A DNA stretch of 60,185 nucleotides, the filler included, from an uncultured bacterium (lineage in GTDB: Bacteria; Auribacterota; CAZIXI01): the NCBI GenBank assembly GCA_964543115.1. It is 5 parts of 5 records of this genome, joined end to end, with 100 filler letters (N's around TTAATTAATTAA, not from the genome) between each part and the next. Parts side by side here need not be neighbours in the genome. Positions count along the whole stretch, not along the records: positions 1 to 12,134 come from CAZIXI010000088.1; positions 12,235 to 24,354 come from CAZIXI010000089.1; 3 more parts are not named here. The stretch is one strand, 5' to 3'. Both the position numbers and the translations under genes were made by a program. Positions within the stretch are counted from its first letter, which is position 1, and each line of letters opens with the position of its first letter. A model generated the notes under the pieces. The model ran no database searches, was not told the DNA's origin, and saw nothing but the letters and a program-made list of their open reading frames with translations. Shown piece by piece: positions 10,702-19,507 of this stretch.

Positions 10702-11160
10702 TTATTCAGTAATCAATCTACCATCAACTGTTATTTTGTTTTCCAGCCCATCGTGGCAATAGTCATAGCAGCCGGCAATCAAGGTGCCGGAAGCACTATT
10801 ATCATCTAAACCAGCAACATACCAATAATCAGGCGCAGTTGCCGTACCCTCATAGATATGCACCGGACAATCAAATACTCCCTCATCATCCAGACAATCC
10901 GGATAAAGTGACAGTCCCCAGGGTTCAGCGGGAAAATCACCATTATTTTTCAGGGCATATACGTGCAGGCCGGCAGCAATCTGCTTCAGGTGGTTGGCGC
11001 ATTCTATCCGGCGGGCCAACCGCTTGGCCTTGGCCAATGCCGGTGACAACAATCCCGCCAATATCACTATTATCGCCAACACAACCATTATCTCCATTAC
11101 AGTAAACCCTAATGACGATAGATAGAAAGTTACCTTATTGTCATTTTTTATCGTTTTCAT
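10702..11160 (-). CDS. Type IV prepilin / T2SS pseudopilin-like protein with N-terminal cleavage motif and H-X9-DG motif (PVC-type)
   Basis: G|FTVMEIMVVLAIIVILAGLLSPALAKAK, then RRIECANHLKQIAAGLHVY (DUF1559-like), and C-terminal H-DGLENKITV-DG (H-X9-DG). Confidence 0.9.
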   Translation of the reverse strand: MKTIKNDNKVTFYLSSLGFTVMEIMVVLAIIVILAGLLSPALAKAKRLARRIECANHLKQIAAGLHVYALKNNGDFPAEPWGLSLYPDCLDDEGVFDCPVHIYEGTATAPDYWYVAGLDDNSASGTLIAGCYDYCHDGLENKITVDGRLITE

Positions 11161-11174
11161 AGGATTCTCTCAAC

Positions 11175-11384
11175 TCAGTAATTTCCCCAGAAATCATCAT
11201 CAACAAAACTGTTGCTCCAGCTACCCACTTCCACTTCCTTTAACCTTTCAATATCCTTCCTCCACTCCAGTTTGATCTCAATATCTTTCGGAGAAAAGAA
11301 GAAATTACAATATGTACAGTGCGAACCCGTCCTGGTATTAGCGGTATAATTCTCTCCTAAACAGCGTGGACATACTATTTTCAT
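11175..11384 (-). CDS. Small zinc-ribbon protein (69 aa)
   Basis: ATG at 11384 preceded by AAGGAGGGGG (start revised from 11480). Contains CPRC...CTYC pairs. Confidence 0.65.
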   Translation of the reverse strand: MKIVCPRCLGENYTANTRTGSHCTYCNFFFSPKDIEIKLEWRKDIERLKEVEVGSWSNSFVDDDFWGNY

Positions 11385-11671
11385 GATTTCCCCCTCCTTT
11401 TTATGCCGCTTTGGTTCGCGGCAAGCAGTATTCTTTAAAGCACAAAATATGCCAAATTCGAAGAATACACAGAAAATCACATAATGCTCTGTACATCAAG
11501 GCATTATGATGTGTTTGTCTATCTGATGAAAGCAGATTTTTACTTGTTTTTTGGAATAAACTCCTCATTTTTACGAATTATAGTCCGTTTGGGGATTTTT
11601 TCTTTTTTTGCTTGCGATTGAAGGAAACACACTTTATAATGACAACGATCAAAAAAAAGGAGGTTGTCAAC

Positions 11672-12134
11672 ATGAATTCTTCAGTAAATAAAATTATTGT
11701 TATTGTATGTCTGGCTTTGATTGCCGCATCTTTTTCTTCTGTGGCCACGGCGCAAATTCGCCGTCGCGGAAATAAATCACCCTTTGCCCAGAATGACAAA
11801 AACGCAGACGGAAAATTGTCAAAAGCAGAATTCCCCGGTCCGGATCAGGCTTTTAAAAAGATTGATCAAAACGGGGACGGCTACATCTCCCGGCAGGAAG
11901 CAAAAGAAAGCCGGCAAAAAGCCCAGCAAAGCGGAATGATGCAGCAAAAGGGCCGCGGCCAGAAACAAGATCAAAAGCAGCTGTCTGGTCAGACTCAACA
12001 AAGCACAGGAGAATTGAAGGTAGATATTTGGCAAAAAGACAAGGCCTGTAACGGAACAACATTATTCGCCCTCATCCCCAGAATCGTGGAAGTAGACATG
12101 CAGGGTAATGTTGTCTGGGAATACAAGTTTCCGC
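11672..12134 (+). CDS. Secreted EF-hand protein with start of an arylsulfotransferase-like beta-propeller (3'-truncated by gap)
   Basis: AAGGAGGT then ATG at 11672; signal peptide; EF-hand loops DKNADGKLSKAEF and DQNGDGYISRQEA; Gln-rich linker; then IVEVDMQGNVVWEYKFP. Confidence 0.65.
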
Positions 12135-12234
12135 NNNNNNNNNNNNNNNNNNNNNNNNNNNNNNNNNNNNNNNNNNNNTTAATTAATTAANNNNNNNNNN
12201 NNNNNNNNNNNNNNNNNNNNNNNNNNNNNNNNNN
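12135..12234. other. Assembly gap placeholder with all-frame stop linker
   Basis: N44-TTAATTAATTAA-N44. Confidence 0.98.
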
Positions 12235-15200
12235 TTTGCTGACGGGGTGTTGTTGAGCGATGAAGCGGGCCTGGCGGAACGGGGAATTGACGCTGCTGCG
12301 GTAAAAGATATTTTGGCGCGGGAACTTATTATGCGGCAGCTGGCCCTTGATGGTACATACCACGCGGATTTACACGAAGGGAACGTGATTGTCGCTAAGA
12401 AAGGTAATCAGGTTACCATCCATATTATTGATTTTGGCGCTGCTGGCCGGATTTCGCCGGCCAACCGGCTGCAGTTGTTTGGGATTATGACGGCAATCTA
12501 TAATCAAGATCTTACGGCCTTAAAAGAGGTTTTGCCCGCTATCGGGGAATTGCCCGTGACAGGGCAATGGTGGGTTGAGGATATTCTGGCAGCGGAGGTT
12601 CACCCGGGCCGGAAACTATTGCAGATCCTGACTATGCTTAACGATGCCGGGATCAAGATCAGTGAAGAGTTTTATTCGGTGTTCCGCATGCTGCAGGCGG
12701 CAGGGTATTTGGTAGAAAGGATCAACCCGGATGCAATTAAGGCGATGTTGGCAGCTAGTGGTGGCGCAGGATTGTTGTCTATGATTACTGGTGCTCAACA
12801 GGCAAAGCGGCCTGAGGCGCCCAGTCACATGGAAGGTTTACAGTTGAAAAATGACGGGGCAGTTCCGCAAAGCGGGACAATGACCTGGCGCGGGGAAAGG
12901 ATTGCGGATAAGGATATTAATGAGGTTATTACTGCGGCCAAAGAACGAAAATATCTCTCCCGTTTCCGGGAAAAGATTGCCGGAAAGACGGTGTTAATGG
13001 ATAAACGATTACTTTCCCGGTATAAGAGTTTTGGCTTTCGCACACAAAAGGAATTCAAGGATTTTCTGAAACAATTTATGGCGGAACAGTTTAGGCTTTC
13101 TCCCCCGAAGAAGGATGAGATTGTGATTGGATTACTGGATCAGTCCAGTCATTTGTTTGAAGACCATATCCAAAATGGATTTATTGGGATTAATAAACAG
13201 CTTTTTAATCGGAATATTTCCAAAGTATTACGCCGAAGGCTTTTTAAACTCGGCCTGCGCCATGAACTGCGGCATGAACATGGTGTAGGAAATAATACTG
13301 TGGATGAGGAGATGCTGTTGGAAGAGGATTTTATTTATGCGGTTAGTCTGGGGATCAGTGCGGCGGAACTGAAAAAAACGGGGATTTTTCTTGGCGGTGC
13401 GGGGTCATTGCTGAAACGCCTGCGAGCCAGGCCAGCGCAGGTGGCGGTGCTGGCGCAGCTGCGGAATGTGGAAGGGATCGTTAATCCTTCTGCGGAGGTT
13501 TGTTTAGAGGTAACCAGGCTGGCCCGGCAGGCATTCCGGGACCTGGAGATGGAAGCGGAGGATTTTGTTGTTGTGGTCTCCGATAGTGATCAGATAAACG
13601 CGGGCATTGATATGGCAATGAAGATAGTGCAATTCAATTGGGGAATGTTGGAGTTTTTGCGAAGAAATAATATTCTCGACCTGGATACGATAAAGTTTCT
13701 CCTGGGGCATGAGGCGGGGCATGAGCTGGTGCGCAGGGAAAAGAAAGCGGCGGAGGAGGAAGGGGAGGAGCATGAACATTCCCGGTTATCGGCAGAGTAC
13801 CAGGCGGATGAGTACGGACTTTATGCCGTTGATGCCGGTGACGGGGAAGTGCCTTATACGCCCCTGGCCGGGGTAAGGTTTATGGAGGCCCTGAGCCGGG
13901 AAGATAAAAAGGCGACTATCGGTATTACCCATCCCCAGAGCCACCGCAGGCAAATGAAGCTTTATCATAATGTGCGCAGCCGCTACTGGCAAAGCCTGCA
14001 CGGCGCGCCGCGGCGCGTTGATTCGGACCAATTGGAGATTGACCGTTCCGGCCGTTTTGCTTTTGCTAACGGTCTTTACGGAAAGCTGTCATTGGCTAAT
14101 CTCAGGGCCATGCTAAGCCGGGCCACGTCGCATCATGATCTTTTGAGGATAATGTCTTTGTTTAATGTGTTAATTGAGTATCAGCTGGCCCTGGAAGAGG
14201 TGGAGGGGGCCGGGAAAAAGCTGGTGTTTGGTTATTTGTCTGGCCGACAGTTAGAGGAATTCAAAAAACAGCGAAAGGAAAAAGGCGCTACTTTAGGATT
14301 AACGGAAAAATTCCTTTTGGATCAGGGAGTTAGGCCCGGAGATTTTTTTAGTGAGGCAGATAGACAGAAGATTGCGGATGAAGCGGCCGACGAGATTCAG
14401 GCGGGTTTGTTTTCCCTGGATGATGCACTTTTGTATATTCTGGCCCGAGAAATTCAATCACGAAGCCGCTCCCTGCTGAAGTTGACTGCCCCCTGTATTC
14501 ATGGCGGTATTGAAGAGCTGTCGGAAAGTAGCGGTCAGCTGAAACGAAGAGCGGAAATTTGTCGGGAAAGATACGCCTGGTTTTCATCTTTATTGCGGAA
14601 GAAACTGCTGGAACTATTACCGGAACTTAGTGAGTTAAGTGTTGATGACCAGCGGGAAATGGAGAAAATACTGTTGCCCGGGGTCCAGCATTTGGAGATT
14701 GACAACAGCGGTGAGAACGGGTATTGGGGGAATTTAGTGAGGCTTCCCCTGGTGTCTGTAGCTTATAACCCGCAATGGGATGATCCGCTGAAAGCGCTGC
14801 GGATGCTGCTGCGCTATTTCAGCCGGTACGAAAATGATTATCTGGGAGCACGGCCCGATGAACAATGGGCCGGGGAACTAGAAAAGCTGGAACTTTTCTT
14901 GTCTGAGCAGCTCGGGTGGTACAATAAATTTAATAAGATCATTTTGGAGACGCTGAATACTGTAGTGAATACTCCGTCCCTGGCCACCAGGGATGTACTT
15001 ACCGGGATTTACCGGACCTATCTTATTTCTAAACGGGTATTACCGGAATCTGAGGTGTGGCTGGGAGATGATTACCGGGAAATACTGGAAGATGTATTAT
15101 GGCAACAAGTAGAAACAGCGGCTGATTTTATGGAAGTTTACCGGCGGCTGGAGGATGTGGTTATTGGTGAGTTTAGTGAGTTAAAAGGATTGCCTGCCTG

Positions 15201-18200
15201 GATAGAAAAAACTGAAGATCAAGGGGAATTGCTAAATTTATTGGAGTTTATGCTCAGCCGGCCCGCCCTGCGGCCGCAGGCCCTGAGACAGCTGCAAGCG
15301 TTCATGGAGCAGGCGGTAAAAGAATGCGGAATGACGCCGCTGGCGGCAATAGAGTATCTGGACCGGGTGCTGGCCGAGCAGGGTCTGGAAAGATTGTGGC
15401 GCGATGCGGCTTATAAACAAACCAGTGAACGGTTGCTCCAGCTGCATCGAGAAGTGAGAAAGGGTGAATTTGAAAGATTGCGCAAAACTCCGCCCAATTT
15501 GTTGGCGCATGTTTATCTCAGTCTCATCCGGCAGGTAACTGATCCCCAGCGGCAGAAGGGACTGATTGTTAAATACTATCGTAAGTATGGACATTGGCTG
15601 TTGGACATTGATCTGGCAGATTTGGCGGATAATCAGTTGATGAAGTTATTGCGCGAAATTCTGGCCGCGGAAGGAAAGACGGAAAATGAACAGTTAGCCT
15701 ATTTTCTGGGAAATGGGTTGCTGCCGGATAGCGATCTTCTCTCAGCGGAAAGCTCTGCCGGCTGGGGTTTGACCGGAGCGTATGAGGTTGTTGCCGTTTC
15801 TGCCGGTTGCCTTACAGGACAAGAGGGTGTGACGGAAGCGGGAAAATTGTTAGTTGACGATATGCATATTATGGTCAGGCCGTTGGTTAGGGTAGAAGGC
15901 AGCCGGAAAATGGATCATCTTGCCGGAGAGCAAATTATTGGAGGTATCAGGCAGGGACAGATAGGTGTTTGGAACGGGAGTTTCTATTTTCTGCCCGCTA
16001 ATGAAGCGGAGGAGGAGGCAGTCAGGCAGGCGCAGGCAATGATTGCCGGACGGGAAGAGGAAAAGGAAAGGCTTTACCGGTTGTTACTTGCCAATCAGCA
16101 GAGATTTCAAGAAAACGGAGTTCCGGAAGACGAATTCAATAATCTGTTAGCGGAACTCTGCTGGAGCTGGTTTTATCCGCACAATGAATTATTTTATGGA
16201 TTTGACGGGCTGTTGGCCAAGCTAAGGCCGTCACGTGTGACTACAAGTAGGAGTATGAACACAAAAGGCCTGCGAACCAGATTAATTGAGCCGGGAGATT
16301 GTTCCGAGCAGGAATGGGAACTGATGTTTAGGCTGCTTGCGCTGACGAAGCCGCCGGCTGGAGCAATAGGGATAGTAACGCCCAGGATTTTCCTTAAATA
16401 TGGTGATTTTGTTCAGCTATACACCGATACCCGCACTGGTGAGTTGGTTTATGGGGGTGAAGAACATCGTAAATATCTGCGTGAGCGGCCGGGATATACG
16501 CCGATTTGGGCGCGGGTAAGAGAGAGCAAGTTCCAAGACCTAACGCTGGATTGGGGCGAGCGGTTATTGACCGCCTGGCTGCAGCGGCAGGGCCGTTCCC
16601 TGTCTGATCCGGAAGATGTCTGGCCATTGGCCGGGGAGGACGGGAAGATCGCCGCGGTTCTCAGGGCCTATCCCAGGGAGTCGCGCTGGCGCAACCGGAT
16701 ACTGATCGATCTGGTGGGGGATCCGCTGCGTGATCCGGCCCGGAACTTTGAAATAATTTTTCCCTACCTGACGGATAGTGAAGTTAAGGATATCCTGGCC
16801 AGGCGTATTCTTGTTGCTAAACGGGAGGCCGGAGAGTTGGTATTAGATACTTATGAAGATGTCGAAAAGATAATCCGGGAATATTTTCCTGAAGATTCGG
16901 AAATCGGCAGGGAATTATTTAATGAGTTCCTCCAACAGGCGAGGGTGACACCGGCCCAGCTGCATGCGTATCAGGAACAACCGGTCCTGGAACGCTTGGC
17001 CCGGGATAAAGAGAAACGGGTAACGCACCGGATCCTGGAATTTGTTGCCGATAAACTAGAGGAACGGGAACCGCAGGATAAACGGGAGATATTCGAGTGG
17101 CTTGTGGGTATCAGGCCCCGGGACAAGATGCCGATAGCGCTGCAGTTTTATGAGTATGATTATGAGGTTAATTTGACTGATCTGCCGGAGATGCTGCAAT
17201 GGGCGGCGCGTTCGCAGCGGTATGCCTTGTTAACTATCCTGTTCCTGGGGCCGCAGGGGATACTGCGGGATGAAGAGCAGGGGAAGATATTATTAGAAAG
17301 TATTTTCCGGGCGGGTACCGGTGAAGAGCCCGGTGAGGATAATGTGCTGTTTTTGATTTTTCGCGAGGTTTTTACCGGCAGTCCGGACACTAGAAAAATG
17401 GATTTGGTAGCCGGGATCTTTGACCATTTTCTGCAACGGCAAGAGGAGGCCACAGCTGAAAGTCGCAATCAGTTGATCCGCCAGTTACTGGTGAGCTTTG
17501 GTGCGGTGGGGGTGAAGCTGGGCCAGTTCCTTTCTAAACAGCCGGATGATGTGATTTCGCCGGATCTGAAAAAAGTACTGGAAGAGTTATCTGATGAAGT
17601 AGACGCGATTGATAAACGTTATCTACTTAACGCGCTGTTAGAGGATATGACCTTAGCGGAGATAGAGGAGCAGATTGAGTATATCGGTGAACTGGTAGGC
17701 AGTGCGTCTATTAAGCAGGGCTACCGGGTGGTAAAAAAAGATGGGACAGAGGTAGTGTTGAAGTTTGTTCGGGCTACCGCTCATTATGAGATTGAGGAAA
17801 ACTTGCGGATCTTAAGAGAAACACTTCAGCGCTTGCGGCAGGCGGGGAATGCCAGATTGAATGAGGTGCTGGAACGGATTTCAGAGCCGCTGCTGGAGGA
17901 GGTTGAAGAGACGGTGCGCCGGGAACTGGATATGGGTCAGGAGGTAGTGGCGCAGGTAGAATTGGCGGAGTTGCCAAGTGAGGTTAGTTATAATGGTTGG
18001 GAGCTGGGGATTCCCAAGGTTGACCCGCAGCTGCGCGGCCAGCAGTTCTTCGCCGATGAGTTTATTAGTGGTGAGCCACTCAAGGAAGAGTTAATTGCGG
18101 AATTGAAAGAAGCGGGGCACTATTCGGCGATTGCCAAGCTGATCTTTCATTCCATCCTCCGGCAGATATTGATTCATGGCCGTTACCACGCAGATTTGCA

Positions 18201-19104
18201 TGCGGGTAATGTGTTTGTGGATAGAGAAAATCGGCAGGTAAGCCTGTTGGACTTTGGTAATACAGGCACATTTTCCGTGCAGAATCAGCTGCGCTTAATT
18301 ATGTTAATGACAACCCTGCAGACTGCGCAATTTTCCGGAGATATCTCCCCGGTAATCTCTGTTTTGCGGCAGATAACCGGCCAGCAGGAATTGGACTTGG
18401 ATATTACAGAGATTGTTACCGGTAAAGAAACTTCCTTCGCGGAAAAATTGCGTGATCTCAAGCAGCTACTTGATAGCCAGGGTATTTCTTTGGGGACAGA
18501 ATATGAAGTGTTAGCCAAGACCTTGGAATCTATTGGTTACCTACTTGAGGCAATTGCTCCTGCAGAGCTAGGGATTATTTTTGCCCAGGTGGCCATGGAA
18601 AGACAACAAAAAACACCGCCCAGCAGTTTCGCCAAGGTGATCAGCGGCCGGCTGCAAGGAGAGGCGGAGGATGTTGCGGAGAGTGAGGAAATCATTGCTC
18701 CCGAGCAGTTCGAAGCGAAGCTTTGGGCGGTGGCCAGGGAAATCCAGGCGCTGCTGGCCGGTTCCCGGTTTAAGATAACCGGCGTGGATATTATTCAGCT
18801 CCAGGAGGTGCTCCGGCGGGCCTGGCAGGGAAAGACCGGGATTGAACTGGCGGATATTTTGGCTGGTATCCCTGTTTTGGAGAGGAAACAGGTAATGGAG
18901 ATGGGTGAAGCGATTAGCGGTCTGGATTCACTGAACGAATTATTGGGTAGTCAGGCACTGGTCCACGGCGGGCAGATGGTGGTTTCTGCTTTAGCGGTAG
19001 TGGCGAAAGCAGAGGAGCAGCCTACTGAGCTAAGTGGAGAGGTATCGGCAGCCGCGCCGGTAGCCGATCCCGCTCTGCAGGCAGAAGTGGAAGAGGGAGT
19101 TTAA
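12235..19104 (+). CDS. Giant multidomain protein (at least 2289 aa, 5'-truncated): partial ABC1/UbiB kinase, HExxH domain, M48 peptidase, helical region, complete ABC1/UbiB kinase
   Basis: Frame is open from the gap edge (FADGVLL). Kinase 1: YHADLHEGN (12361) and IDFG (12430). HELRHEH at 13261. M48: INA...GML...LLGHEAGHE (13708), EYQAD, THP. Kinase 2: GAVGVKLGQ, GSASIKQGY, VVLKFV, YHADLHAGN (18187), LDFG (18250). Confidence 0.9.
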   Translation, partial: FADGVLLSDEAGLAERGIDAAAVKDILARELIMRQLALDGTYHADLHEGNVIVAKKGNQVTIHIIDFGAAGRISPANRLQLFGIMTAIYNQDLTALKEVLPAIGELPVTGQWWVEDILAAEVHPGRKLLQILTMLNDAGIKISEEFYSVFRMLQAAGYLVERINPDAIKAMLAASGGAGLLSMITGAQQAKRPEAPSHMEGLQLKNDGAVPQSGTMTWRGERIADKDINEVITAAKERKYLSRFREKIAGKTVLMDKRLLSRYKSFGFRTQKEFKDFLKQFMAEQFRLSPPKKDEIVIGLLDQSSHLFEDHIQNGFIGINKQLFNRNISKVLRRRLFKLGLRHELRHEHGVGNNTVDEEMLLEEDFIYAVSLGISAAELKKTGIFLGGAGSLLKRLRARPAQVAVLAQLRNVEGIVNPSAEVCLEVTRLARQAFRDLEMEAEDFVVVVSDSDQINAGIDMAMKIVQFNWGMLEFLRRNNILDLDTIKFLLGHEAGHELVRREKKAAEEEGEEHEHSRLSAEYQADEYGLYAVDAGDGEVPYTPLAGVRFMEALSREDKKATIGITHPQSHRRQMKLYHNVRSRYWQSLHGAPRRVDSDQLEIDRSGRFAFANGLYGKLSLANLRAMLSRATSHHDLLRIMSLFNVLIEYQLALEEVEGAGKKLVFGYLSGRQLEEFKKQRKEKGATLGLTEKFLLDQGVRPGDFFSEADRQKIADEAADEIQAGLFSLDDALLYILAREIQSRSRSLLKLTAPCIHGGIEELSESSGQLKRRAEICRERYAWFSSLLRKKLLELLPELSELSVDDQREMEKILLPGVQHLEIDNSGENGYWGNLVRLPLVSVAYNPQWDDPLKALRMLLRYFSRYENDYLGARPDEQWAGELEKLELFLSEQLGWYNKFNKIILETLNTVVNTPSLATRDVLTGIYRTYLISKRVLPESEVWLGDDYREILEDVLWQQVETAADFMEVYRRLEDVVIGEFSELKGLPAWIEKTEDQGELLNLLEFMLSRPALRPQALRQLQAFMEQAVKECGMTPLAAIEYLDRVLAEQGLERLWRDAAYKQTSERLLQLHREVRKGEFERLRKTPPNLLAHVYLSLIRQVTDPQRQKGLIVKYYRKYGHWLLDIDLADLADNQLMKLLREILAAEGKTENEQLAYFLGNGLLPDSDLLSAESSAGWGLTGAYEVVAVSAGCLTGQEGVTEAGKLLVDDMHIMVRPLVRVEGSRKMDHLAGEQIIGGIRQGQIGVWNGSFYFLPANEAEEEAVRQAQAMIAGREEEKERLYRLLLANQQRFQENGVPEDEFNNLLAELCWSWFYPHNELFYGFDGLLAKLRPSRVTTSRSMNTKGLRTRLIEPGDCSEQEWELMFRLLALTKPPAGAIGIVTPRIFLKYGDFVQLYTDTRTGELVYGGEEHRKYLRERPGYTPIWARVRESKFQDLTLDWGERLLTAWLQRQGRSLSDPEDVWPLAGEDGKIAAVLRAYPRESRWRNRILIDLVGDPLRDPARNFEIIFPYLTDSEVKDILARRILVAKREAGELVLDTYEDVEKIIREYFPEDSEIGRELFNEFLQQARVTPAQLHAYQEQPVLERLARDKEKRVTHRILEFVADKLEEREPQDKREIFEWLVGIRPRDKMPIALQFYEYDYEVNLTDLPEMLQWAARSQRYALLTILFLGPQGILRDEEQGKILLESIFRAGTGEEPGEDNVLFLIFREVFTGSPDTRKMDLVAGIFDHFLQRQEEATAESRNQLIRQLLVSFGAVGVKLGQFLSKQPDDVISPDLKKVLEELSDEVDAIDKRYLLNALLEDMTLAEIEEQIEYIGELVGSASIKQGYRVVKKDGTEVVLKFVRATAHYEIEENLRILRETLQRLRQAGNARLNEVLERISEPLLEEVEETVRRELDMGQEVVAQVELAELPSEVSYNGWELGIPKVDPQLRGQQFFADEFISGEPLKEELIAELKEAGHYSAIAKLIFHSILRQILIHGRYHADLHAGNVFVDRENRQVSLLDFGNTGTFSVQNQLRLIMLMTTLQTAQFSGDISPVISVLRQITGQQELDLDITEIVTGKETSFAEKLRDLKQLLDSQGISLGTEYEVLAKTLESIGYLLEAIAPAELGIIFAQVAMERQQKTPPSSFAKVISGRLQGEAEDVAESEEIIAPEQFEAKLWAVAREIQALLAGSRFKITGVDIIQLQEVLRRAWQGKTGIELADILAGIPVLERKQVMEMGEAISGLDSLNELLGSQALVHGGQMVVSALAVVAKAEEQPTELSGEVSAAAPVADPALQAEVEEGV

Positions 19105-19135
19105 GAAGAAAACTGGTGCAGAGCACACTGATTTT

Positions 19136-19241
19136 AAACACAAAGCCACTAAGTGTTATTAAGACACAAAGAATTTATATAATTTGATTGAGGGATATGG
19201 TATAAATAAAATTATAAAATTCTTGGTGTCTTTTTTTGTTT
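19136..19241. repeat. Imperfect inverted repeat with ACACAAAG-type arms (empty element)
   Basis: aagacacaaagaattt (19161-19176) versus aaattcttggtgtctt (19217-19232): inverted, 1 mismatch. A further aaacacaaag copy lies at 19136. Confidence 0.7.
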
Positions 19242-19257
19242 CTGAAAAGATGTTGTA

Positions 19258-19395
19258 AACGCAGAGATCGCAAAGCACGCAGAGTTTCGCAGAGTCTTTA
19301 TAGTATTAAAATATCTTTTCTCTGCGTCCTCTGCGCTCTCTGCCCCAAGCTCCGCTTGGGGCTGCCATTATAGGAATGGGTATAGACTGCGTTAA
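19258..19395. repeat. MITE-like CGCAGAG/CTCTGCG element, copy 1, with a 47-nt insertion in the right arm
   Basis: About 6 differences over 86 nt relative to 21458-21542; extra CTGC-bounded segment 19344-19390. Confidence 0.85.
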
Positions 19396-19507
19396 GGAAG
19401 TATTTTTGTTTTAAAGTTTAATAAGCGCGAGCGTAGTGAGAATTTTATGTTTATCTTGGAATAAAAGTGAGGTATTTCCCGTCTAAGTTAATGATGGGAG
19501 GTGGATT

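Noticed and set aside
407..10762. Numerous 60-190 aa + strand ORFs in the track
   Set aside because: They are antisense shadows of the giant minus-strand gene, with no RBS, motifs or coherent composition.
12179..12190. TTAATTAATTAA palindrome repeated four times (also 24399, 36423, 48335)
   Set aside because: It is an artificial all-frame-stop scaffold linker embedded in N runs. Adjacency of genes across these gaps is therefore not guaranteed.
11672..19104. Possible single gene joining the EF-hand protein and giant ORF 2
   Set aside because: They are separated by a gap of unknown length, and giant ORF 2 begins mid-kinase, so the join cannot be supported.
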